From contig JAUXBC010000001.1 in the NCBI GenBank assembly GCA_030619615.1, positions 1 through 25,156 of the forward strand: a DNA stretch of 25,156 nt, read 5' to 3'. The notes under the pieces are model-generated. The model did not search any database and was not told the origin of the DNA. It was given only the letters and a program-made list of their open reading frames with translations. Positions within the stretch are counted from its first letter, which is position 1. Every line of letters starts with the position of its first letter. A program made the position numbers and the translations under genes. Below, one piece after another: positions 1-6,995 of the stretch. Source of the DNA: Dehalococcoidia bacterium. Lineage in GTDB: Bacteria; Chloroflexota; Dehalococcoidia; E44-bin15.

Positions 1-969
1 CTGGGCACGGAACGCTCCCGCTCTGTGCTCAGGGGGATGCGCGATTTCCTCTCCTCAAGGGTCGATATAAAATTGGGCACCGCAGCTCATACCATTCTCG
101 CCGACAACGGCGTGGTCAAGGGGATCGAGACCAAGGATGGAAACAGAATTGACTGTCGCTATCTAGTCATCGCCCCGGGCAGGGAGGGGGCGGATTGGCT
201 CACCCAGGAGGCCGCTCGCCTCAAGCTCACCCTCTATATCAATCCCATCGACGTCGGCGTCAGGGTGGAGGTGCCTGAAGCGGTCCTTGAGGAGTTGACC
301 AGCGCCCTATACGAGTGCAAGCTGGAATATTATTCCAAATCCTTTGACGATCGGATCAGGACCTTCTGTATGTGCCCGGCAGGGGAGGTGACCATGGAGT
401 CCACCGGGGGCAGCGACCCGGTAACCACGGTGAACGGGCATAGCTACGCCGACCGCAAGACAAACAACACAAATTTTGCCCTCCTGGTGAGCACCACCTT
501 CACCGAGCCCTTTCGTGACCCCATCGCCTACGGTCGCTACCTCGCTCGCCTCGCCAATCTCCTCAGCGGGGGGGTGATCGTGCAGCGCTTTGGCGACCTG
601 ATGGAGGGTCGGCGTTCCACTGCGGAGCGCATTGAAAGGGGCATCGTCCAGCCCACCCTGAAGAGCGCCACCCCGGGCGACCTGAGCTTCGTCCTCCCCT
701 ATCGCCACCTGAAAAGCATTATCGAGATGTTGGGTGCCATGGACAGGCTGGCTCCAGGGGTGGCATCGCGCCATACGCTCCTCTATGGAACCGAGGTCAA
801 ATTCTATTCCTCACGCCTGGCCCTCAGTGAGAACCTGGAGAGCGAGATAGGGAACATGTTTGCTGCCGGGGATGGCGCTGGGGTTACCCGTGGCCTGATC
901 CAGGCCTCGGCCTCTGGGGTGGTGGCAGCCAGAGAAATCGTTAACAGAGCTGGGGTATCTACCCGTTGA
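1..969 (+). CDS. NAD(P)/FAD-dependent oxidoreductase (uncharacterised FAD-dependent dehydrogenase family), 5'-truncated by window edge
   Basis: Frame is open from base 1 (LGTERSRSVLRGMRD...). Family motifs RTFCMCPAGEV, VNGHSYA, TNFALLV, LLYGTEVKFYS and the C-terminal FAD-binding AAGDGAGVTRGLIQASASG are present. Confidence 0.8.
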   Translation: MGTERSRSVLRGMRDFLSSRVDIKLGTAAHTILADNGVVKGIETKDGNRIDCRYLVIAPGREGADWLTQEAARLKLTLYINPIDVGVRVEVPEAVLEELTSALYECKLEYYSKSFDDRIRTFCMCPAGEVTMESTGGSDPVTTVNGHSYADRKTNNTNFALLVSTTFTEPFRDPIAYGRYLARLANLLSGGVIVQRFGDLMEGRRSTAERIERGIVQPTLKSATPGDLSFVLPYRHLKSIIEMLGAMDRLAPGVASRHTLLYGTEVKFYSSRLALSENLESEIGNMFAAGDGAGVTRGLIQASASGVVAAREIVNRAGVSTR

Positions 970-1631
970 TAGGTGATGGAGGAGCCCGCTTTATCGGCAT
1001 CGACCTCACCTCATCCCCCTCAAAGCCCACCGCCTGCGTGGCGCTTGATGGGGAACTGAACCTTAGCTGGTTTGACTCCCTTCATGGCGATGCCCAGATC
1101 ATCGAGGCCATAGAGCGCTGCCGCCCAGGCATCGTTGCCATCGATGCCCCCCTTGGCCTGCCAAAGGGGCTCTGCTGCCTGGAGGAGAGTTGCTCCTGTC
1201 GGGTGCTCCTGCCGTTGAAGGGCAGGATATGTGAAAGGGAGCTCTCACGACGGGGAATCCCTTGCTATTATACAACCAAGAGGTCCATCATAAAAAATAT
1301 GGTCTATCGAGCGATCGGCCTAAAGTACGAAATTGACGCCAGGGGCTACCAGGTTATCGAGGTCTACCCTTATGCCACAAAGGTGGCCCTTTTCGGCCCA
1401 TCTATCCCCTCCAAGTCAAGGCCAGCTGGCATCGCCTTCCTTAGGGAGCGACTTGCCGTGCTCACGCCCCAGCTTATCCCCCATATATCAGGATTCAACC
1501 ACGATCTCTGCGATGCCCTTCTTGCAGCCTACACCGCTTATCTCTATGTCAGGGGCGAGGTTGAGATCATCGGCGACCTCGGGGAGGGTGCGATCTGTAT
1601 TCCCGCCCCAAAAGGCGTTCCCTTCCCTTGA
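966..1631 (+). CDS. DUF429 family protein (predicted RNase H-fold nuclease-like)
   Basis: Motifs FIGIDL, VAIDAPLGLP, IEVYPYAT and HDLCDALLAAYTA. TTG start overlaps the upstream TGA by 4 nt. Confidence 0.72.
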   Translation: MIGDGGARFIGIDLTSSPSKPTACVALDGELNLSWFDSLHGDAQIIEAIERCRPGIVAIDAPLGLPKGLCCLEESCSCRVLLPLKGRICERELSRRGIPCYYTTKRSIIKNMVYRAIGLKYEIDARGYQVIEVYPYATKVALFGPSIPSKSRPAGIAFLRERLAVLTPQLIPHISGFNHDLCDALLAAYTAYLYVRGEVEIIGDLGEGAICIPAPKGVPFP

Positions 1632-1656
1632 CACATTGCCCATGAGTGGCTAGAAT
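1628..1656 (+). promoter_or_regulatory. sigma70/sigmaA-type promoter for rpsU-yqeY
   Basis: TTGACA (1628-1633), 17-nt spacer, TAGAAT (1651-1656). The -35 box overlaps the DUF429 stop codon. Confidence 0.8.
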
Positions 1657-1703
1657 AGTCTAAGTCTTTGAGTGCCCTTGGTGGCAGAAAGGGGGTGGAT
1701 TAT

Positions 1704-1907
1704 GTGGCTGAAGTAATCCTTGACGAGAGGGAGAGCTTCGAGAGTCTCCTCAGGAGATTCAATCGTAAGGTGCAGCAGGATGGCATCCTTGCTGAGTTTC
1801 GGCGAAGAGAGCACTTTGAGAAGCCTAGCGTGAGGCGCAAGAAAAAAGAGGCGGCGAAGCGACGAAAAAGCTCTCGAAGTAGCGTAGAGAGGCGACCTCG
1901 GTCGTGA
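1704..1907 (+). CDS. rpsU: 30S ribosomal protein S21
   Basis: [46 protein letters not shown] is the bS21 signature. GTG start at 1704 follows a purine-rich SD (AAAGGGGG). The ORF-track start at 1668 is likely too long. Confidence 0.92.
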   Translation: MAEVILDERESFESLLRRFNRKVQQDGILAEFRRREHFEKPSVRRKKKEAAKRRKSSRSSVERRPRS

Positions 1908-1908
1908 G

Positions 1909-2364
1909 GTGGAGATGACGCTACAGGAAAGGCTTACGGCTGACTTAAAACAGGCGATGAAAGGTGGCGATATTACGCGAAGATCGCTGATTCGCCTGCT
2001 GATGGCGGGGGTTAAGAATGCGGAGATAGATAAAGGGGCCCCCTTGGATGATTCGGGTGTGGTTGAGGTTATCTCTAGGGAGGTGAAGCGACATCGAGAG
2101 AGCATCGCCGAATTCAGCAGGGGGAGCCGCCAAGACCTCGTTGCTAAAGAGGAGGCCGAACTAGCTATTCTCTTCGAGTATCTACCAAAACAGATGAGCC
2201 GGGAGGAGATTGCGGAGGCAGCCCGCAAGATAATTGAACAGGTTGGGGCCGGGGGACCCGGGGATAAAGGCAAGGTGATGTCCCAGCTTATGCCCCAGCT
2301 TAAGGGCAAGGCGGAGGGGCGTGAGGTCAGCGATGTGGTCTCGGAATTGCTTGCCGGCTCGTAG
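1909..2364 (+). CDS. yqeY: GatB/YqeY domain-containing protein
   Basis: LKQAMKGGD...VKNAEID...KRHRESIAEF...EAELAILFEYLPKQMS...DKGKVMSQLMPQLKGKAEG. Conserved rpsU-yqeY synteny. Alternative start ATG 1915. Confidence 0.88.
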   Translation: MEMTLQERLTADLKQAMKGGDITRRSLIRLLMAGVKNAEIDKGAPLDDSGVVEVISREVKRHRESIAEFSRGSRQDLVAKEEAELAILFEYLPKQMSREEIAEAARKIIEQVGAGGPGDKGKVMSQLMPQLKGKAEGREVSDVVSELLAGS

Positions 2365-2410
2365 TGGAATCTGGAATCCTCTATTGTCGGAGTCCTAATG
2401 TATTTCAATG

Positions 2411-2447
2411 CCGCGCCATAAGAATCTCAGGCGCGGTTCTTTTCGTT
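2411..2447 (+). terminator. Probable intrinsic terminator of rpsU-yqeY
   Basis: CCGCGCC (2411-2417) pairs with GGCGCGG (2430-2436), 12-nt loop, followed by TTCTTTTCGTT. Confidence 0.55.
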
Positions 2448-2459
2448 CTGGGGCGCGGT

Positions 2460-2547
2460 GCAGGGTCTCCCTGCCGGGGTTCTAGGGGTGTCCCCTAGTT
2501 ACTCTATTCCCCTCTCTCCTTGAGGAGAGGGGGTCGGGGGGTGAGGT
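2460..2547. repeat. Compound REP-like palindromic cassette (three consecutive GC-rich hairpins plus G-rich tail)
   Basis: GCAGGG-tct-CCCTGC (2460-2474); CTAGGGG-tgt-CCCCTAG (2482-2498); CCCTCTCTCC-ttga-GGAGAGGGGG (2510-2533, one G-U pair); then TCGGGGGGTGAGGT. Only one copy in the window, so repeat status is inferred. Confidence 0.5.
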
Positions 2548-2629
2548 GAGTTGAATGCCTATATCCAAACAAGTCCTTGACGAAGTCGCCCTATTAAAAA
2601 AATCCCTTTTTATTTTCTGCGGGGTGGAT

Positions 2630-2640
2630 TATAATATACT
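2630..2640 (+). promoter_or_regulatory. Likely -10 element of the rplI-dnaB operon promoter
   Basis: Perfect TATAAT at 2630-2635 (also TATACT 2635-2640) after an A/T-rich tract at 2592-2616. No clear -35 at 17-bp spacing. Confidence 0.4.
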
Positions 2641-2664
2641 AATTAGGGCGAAAAGGCGAAGAAA

Positions 2665-3117
2665 ATGAGAGTAATTCTGCTTCAGGATGTGCCTGGATTG
2701 GGCAAGGCGGGAGAGGTCAAGGATGTAGCCACTGGCTATGGCAGGAATTTTCTCCTTCCCAGGAAGCTCGCCGAGTTTGCCACCGCCGCTGTCCTGAAGA
2801 GCGTGGAGGCGCATCATCAAGCCGACGCGAAACGCCAATCCTATGTCGAGGCCGAGATAGTGAGCCTTGCCCAGACCCTGGAGGGGCTGGAGGTTGCCGT
2901 TAAGGCCAGGGTGGGGGCAATGGACCGCCTTTATGGCGCCATCACCAGCGGTGATATCGCAGAGGAGATTCATCGGATCAGCGGACAGGATATAGATAAG
3001 AGGAAGATAGAGCTTGAGGAGCCGATTCGCCAGCTAGGAGAATATGAGGTGTCGGTCAGGCTATCAAAGGAGCTCGTTCCCAAAATAAAGGTTATTGTTG
3101 AGGAGGAGAAGGGCTAG
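2665..3117 (+). CDS. rplI: 50S ribosomal protein L9
   Basis: MRVILLQDVPGLGKAGEVKDVATGYGRNFLLPRKLA and RLYGAITSGDIAE are bL9 signatures. rplI-dnaB synteny. Confidence 0.97.
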   Translation: MRVILLQDVPGLGKAGEVKDVATGYGRNFLLPRKLAEFATAAVLKSVEAHHQADAKRQSYVEAEIVSLAQTLEGLEVAVKARVGAMDRLYGAITSGDIAEEIHRISGQDIDKRKIELEEPIRQLGEYEVSVRLSKELVPKIKVIVEEEKG

Positions 3118-3119
3118 CT

Positions 3120-4472
3120 GTGTTTGCAGAGAAGCTGCCACCCCACGATATTGAGGCTGAGGAGGCGGTGATCGGGTCTTTAGTTATCGACAGCGATGCC
3201 ATCTTCAAGATCGCCACCTTCCTCAAAACCGAGGATTTTTACCGAGAGAAAAATCAATGGGCCTATGAGGCCTGTTTTTTCCTCTACGAGAGAAACGAAG
3301 CGATAAACCAGGTTACCGTAGCTCATGAGCTAGCGAGGAGGGAAAGGCTGGAGGCAGTGGGGGGTGCTGCCTACCTGAGCCATCTCATCGCTAACGTGCC
3401 CACCTCGGTGCATGTTGAGCACTACGCCCAGATTGTGCACCGAACCTCTGTGATGAGACGCCTCATCAGCTCAGCGGCACAGATCGCCGCCATCGGCTAC
3501 GAAGGGGGGCCGGACATCGACGCTGCCCTGGGTAGGGCGGAGGGCATCCTTTTCCGGCTGCGCCGTGGCGAGAGCCCTCGCGACTTCGTCCCTATCCGCC
3601 AACTCCTGGATCGATACTTCGAGGAGAGCGAGCTTCGTCCCTTCGAGGGGGAGATTGTGCGCACTGGGTTTCCCGCCCTGGACGACATCCTCGGCGGGCT
3701 CCAGCGCTCCGATATGATCGTGCTCGCCGCAAGGCCGAGCCTGGGGAAGACGAGCCTGGCCCTGAGTATCGCCAGGAATGCCGCCGTGGAACAAAAGGCG
3801 CGTGTTGCCATCTTCAGCGTGGAGATGGCGCGGGAGCAACTGGTGCATCGCCTCCTCGCCAGCGAATCTGGCGTCGATGCCAGAAGGTTGCGCCTGGGCC
3901 AGCAGACCGAGGCTGAGGAGAGAAGGATCATCGAGGCCACCGGGGTCCTTTCCGAGGCCCCGATCTATGTTGATGACTCGCCTATCCTGAGGATTGTGGA
4001 GATGAGGAGCAAGGCGAGGCGCCTCCACTACGAGCGGGGCATCGACCTCATGATCGTCGACTACATGCAACTGATGCGGAGCGATGGCAGGGAGGGGCGG
4101 GTTCAGGAGATGAGCGAGATCTCGCGCTCCCTCAAGGAGCTTGCCCGCGAGCTAGATGTGCCTTTGGTTGCCGTCTCCCAACTCTCAAGGGCCCCAGAGT
4201 GGCGGGCCTCTCACCGCCCCCAGCTTTCCGACCTCAGGGAGAGCGGCTCCATCGAGCAGGACGCCGATGTAGTTATGTTCATCTATCGCGATGATATGTA
4301 CTATACCAAGGAGGATTGGCTCAAGCAGCACCCGGAGAAGGAACCCAACGAATATCCCAAGGGGATCGCTGACATCATAATTGCCAAGCATCGCAACGGA
4401 CCCATGGGACAGGTCACCCTGCGTTTCCTGGAGAGAGTGGTGAAATTCGTCGGTCTGGAGAAAGGAACATGA
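3120..4472 (+). CDS. dnaB: Replicative DNA helicase DnaB
   Basis: LPPHDIEAEEAVIGS N-terminus, Walker A AARPSLGKT, IVDYMQLM, SQLSR, LSDLRESGSIEQDADVVMF, IIAKHRNGP. No intein. Confidence 0.97.
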   Translation: MFAEKLPPHDIEAEEAVIGSLVIDSDAIFKIATFLKTEDFYREKNQWAYEACFFLYERNEAINQVTVAHELARRERLEAVGGAAYLSHLIANVPTSVHVEHYAQIVHRTSVMRRLISSAAQIAAIGYEGGPDIDAALGRAEGILFRLRRGESPRDFVPIRQLLDRYFEESELRPFEGEIVRTGFPALDDILGGLQRSDMIVLAARPSLGKTSLALSIARNAAVEQKARVAIFSVEMAREQLVHRLLASESGVDARRLRLGQQTEAEERRIIEATGVLSEAPIYVDDSPILRIVEMRSKARRLHYERGIDLMIVDYMQLMRSDGREGRVQEMSEISRSLKELARELDVPLVAVSQLSRAPEWRASHRPQLSDLRESGSIEQDADVVMFIYRDDMYYTKEDWLKQHPEKEPNEYPKGIADIIIAKHRNGPMGQVTLRFLERVVKFVGLEKGT

Positions 4473-5170
4473 GCCCCTTCCCCGGTTTCCCTCAAAGGAT
4501 GCGCTTCACCCCTCTGCCCAACCTCTTCTTTAGCGAGCTACTGCCCCACATCGATGATATCGCCGAGCTCAAGGCAACGCTTCATATCTTCTGGACCCTT
4601 TATCAGAAGAGGGGCTACCCCAGATTTGTCACCTACCGTGAGCTTCTCGGTGATAAGATGCTGATGAGAGGGATCGGAGATGGGGAGGCGCTGCGTCATG
4701 GCCTGGAGCGGGCGATAAGCCGGGGCACCCTCATCCATTTGACCCTGGAGGGGGAGGGGGGGAGCGAGAGCCTCTACTTCCTGAACATGGAGGGCGACAG
4801 GAGGGCGGTGGCCAAGATCGAGACCGGGGAGATCGACCTGGGGGGCTTTCCTAAGAGGGAGCCCTATGCTGAGGCCGAAGAGCAGCTCAATATCTTCACC
4901 CTTTATGAGGAGAACATTGGCATGCTCACCCCGATGATTGCCGAGGAGCTAAAGGAGGCGGAGAGGATTTACCCCGCCTCCTGGATCGAAAGCGCCTTTA
5001 AGGAGGCGGTGAGCAGAAACAAACGTAGCTGGCGATACATCTCAAGGATCCTGGAGCGCTGGGCTGCCGAGGGCAAGGAGCATGGAGAGCCTGGGAGAGA
5101 TTTTGAAGAGGATACGGACAAATATATCAGGGGAAGGTACGGACACCTGGTCAAGCGTCGACTTGAGTGA
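4469..5170 (+). CDS. DnaD-domain replication protein (helicase-loading accessory)
   Basis: N-terminal FTPLPNLFFSELLPHIDDIAELKATLHIFW. C-terminal DnaD domain NIFTLYEENIGMLTPMIAEEL...WIESAFKEAVSRNKRSWRYISRILERW. ATGA overlap with the dnaB stop. Confidence 0.85.
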   Translation: MSPFPGFPQRMRFTPLPNLFFSELLPHIDDIAELKATLHIFWTLYQKRGYPRFVTYRELLGDKMLMRGIGDGEALRHGLERAISRGTLIHLTLEGEGGSESLYFLNMEGDRRAVAKIETGEIDLGGFPKREPYAEAEEQLNIFTLYEENIGMLTPMIAEELKEAERIYPASWIESAFKEAVSRNKRSWRYISRILERWAAEGKEHGEPGRDFEEDTDKYIRGRYGHLVKRRLE

Positions 5171-6470
5171 GAAGCTGCCCCAGGAATGCCCCCTTTGCAA
5201 GGGGGCAGGCTTTGTCTATCCCCTGCTTCCCTCGGGGCATCCCGATTTCGGCAGGGTGGTGCCCTGCCAGTGCACCAAGGAGGAACTGGCTGAGGAAAGC
5301 CTTTCCCGTCTCCAGCGCTACAGCAACCTCGGCCCCCTATCCCGCCTCACCTTCGATAACCTGAATCCTAAGGGAAGAACCAGCGACCCCAGGGGTCAGC
5401 AAAGGTTCGCCCAGGCTTATGAGGGGGCAAAGGCCTTTGCCGAAGATCCCCAAGGTTGGCTGGTGTTTTGTGGGGTCACCGGCTGTGGCAAGACCCACCT
5501 CGCTGCCGCCATCGCCAATCATTGCATCCTAAAGGGACGCCCCGCCCTCTTCATCGTTGTCCCCGATCTCCTCGACCACCTTCGGGCCACCTTCAGCCCC
5601 CAGAGCGAGATCTCCTACGATGAGCTCTTCGACCAGGTGAGGAATGCCCCCATCCTGATCTTAGATGATCTAGGCACTCAAACGAGCACCCCCTGGGCCA
5701 AAGAGAAGCTCTACCAGATCATAAATCATCGCTATAATACCCGGCTGCCCACAGTAATTACCACCAATACCCCTCTGGAGGAGCTGGACGAGCGTCTCCA
5801 TACGCGGCTTGCCGATGCCGACCTCTCTAAAGTATACCTAGTGGAAAAAAGAGAGCCCGAGGAGTACATCGGTGATCTGGGGCTGGAACTTTTGGGCAAA
5901 ATGGACTTCCAAAATTTCGAAAAGAGGCTCAATCTCCCCCTGGAGAAACAGAGGATTCTGGAGGATGCCTATAAGCTGGCGCGCCGCTTTGCCGAGGCCC
6001 CCGAGGGTTGGCTGGTACTCATGGGTCCCAATGGCTGTGGCAAAACCCATCTCGCCGCCGCCATCGCCAACCATCAACTACGAGAGGGGAAGCCCGCCTT
6101 CTTTGTTGTGGTTCCCGACTTCCTCGATCACCTGCGCTCCACCTTCAGCCCCGATAGCAAGGTGACCTATGATGAGCTCTTCGAGAGGGTCAAGAAGGCG
6201 CCGCTTCTCATTCTCGATGACTTTGGGGAGCAGAGTAGCACCCCCTGGGCTCAGGAAAAGCTCTATCAGGTGATCAATTACCGCTACAATGCTCGGCTGC
6301 CTACGGTGATCACCACCTGCTTTTCCCTGGGTGAGATCGAGACCAGGATAAGCTCCCGAATGGTGGACCCGCGGATCAGTATAGTGTTCAATATCGACGT
6401 CCCCGATTTCCGAGGCGATTTCACCCCCTCGGAGAGAAGGAAGCCCCATCGGGGGAGGAGGATGGGCTAA
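5082..6470 (+). CDS. DnaC/DnaI/IstB-like helicase-loader ATPase with N-terminal Cys motif and two tandem AAA+ domains
   Basis: CPLCKG...PCQC putative Zn site. Walker A GVTGCGKT (5472) and GPNGCGKT (6024); Walker B LILDDLG and LILDDFG. SD-like GAGGG 8 nt before ATG 5082. Confidence 0.85.
   Translation: MESLGEILKRIRTNISGEGTDTWSSVDLSEKLPQECPLCKGAGFVYPLLPSGHPDFGRVVPCQCTKEELAEESLSRLQRYSNLGPLSRLTFDNLNPKGRTSDPRGQQRFAQAYEGAKAFAEDPQGWLVFCGVTGCGKTHLAAAIANHCILKGRPALFIVVPDLLDHLRATFSPQSEISYDELFDQVRNAPILILDDLGTQTSTPWAKEKLYQIINHRYNTRLPTVITTNTPLEELDERLHTRLADADLSKVYLVEKREPEEYIGDLGLELLGKMDFQNFEKRLNLPLEKQRILEDAYKLARRFAEAPEGWLVLMGPNGCGKTHLAAAIANHQLREGKPAFFVVVPDFLDHLRSTFSPDSKVTYDELFERVKKAPLLILDDFGEQSSTPWAQEKLYQVINYRYNARLPTVITTCFSLGEIETRISSRMVDPRISIVFNIDVPDFRGDFTPSERRKPHRGRRMG
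5448..6317 (+). repeat. Intragenic direct duplication: unit 1 5448-5765, unit 2 6000-6317
   Basis: Constant 552-nt offset at every anchor checked. 76/106 aa identical by manual alignment. 35/38 nt identical at 5481-5518 vs 6033-6070. Confidence 0.9.
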
Positions 6471-6995
6471 ATGGTGAACTCCCCGGTGCTGGTGCTAAAT
6501 CAGAATTACGAGCCGCTTAATATCTCCCGTGTGCGGCGGGCGGTGGTTTTGCTCCTTCGGGGAAAGGCTGAGGCGCTGGAAAACGGCTCGGGGGTGATCC
6601 ATACCCCTAGTGATTCCTTCCCCATGCCCTCGGTAATCCGCCTCGTTTATCTGGTGAAGCGCCCTCGCCCGGAGAAGAAGCTAACGCGCCTCGAGGTATT
6701 CCGCCGCGACGAATATAGATGCCAGTATTGCGGCCGGGAGACCAGGGAGCTCACCTTGGATCATGTGATCCCACGCCATAAAGGGGGCAGGCACATCTGG
6801 GAGAACGTGGTCAGCGCTTGCATCCCATGCAACAACCGCAAGGCGGGACGAACCCCTAAGGAGGCGGGAATGAGGCTCATCTGCCAGCCCTTCGCCCCCC
6901 GTATTATTGGCTACTATGTCCCCTACGAGCATATTCAAAGACACAGCGAGTGGCACAAGTTCCTCCCCCTGTGGCAGAGGGAGGAGGAAGATTAA
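6471..6995 (+). CDS. HNH endonuclease
   Basis: VLVLNQNYEPL N-terminus; CQYCG...LTLDHVIPRHKGG...WENVVSACIPCNNRKAGRTP is an HNH/McrA-like core with two CxxC. ATG directly abuts the upstream TAA. Confidence 0.9.
   Translation: MVNSPVLVLNQNYEPLNISRVRRAVVLLLRGKAEALENGSGVIHTPSDSFPMPSVIRLVYLVKRPRPEKKLTRLEVFRRDEYRCQYCGRETRELTLDHVIPRHKGGRHIWENVVSACIPCNNRKAGRTPKEAGMRLICQPFAPRIIGYYVPYEHIQRHSEWHKFLPLWQREEED

Noticed and set aside
1650-2408. 252-aa minus-strand ORF spanning rpsU and yqeY
   Set aside because: Ser/Arg-rich with no recognisable motif, and antisense to two well-supported genes and their promoter; a shadow ORF.
2410-2460. Possible terminator/antiterminator switch (second GGCGCGG at 2452-2458 could pair with CCGCGCC)
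   Set aside because: The alternative partner lies downstream of the U tract, so it cannot pre-empt termination co-transcriptionally, and no aptamer is recognisable.
3120-4472. Intein in DnaB
   Set aside because: Both usual insertion regions (GKT and RESGSIEQD) are contiguous and the length (450 aa) is normal.
5082-6470. IS21-family element (IstB)
   Set aside because: No IstA/DDE transposase and no terminal inverted repeats; the context is dnaB plus a DnaD-like gene, so a replication loader is the better explanation.
4469-6995. Intact prophage
   Set aside because: No integrase, structural, lysis or att features; flanked by and fused into housekeeping operons with no obvious compositional shift.
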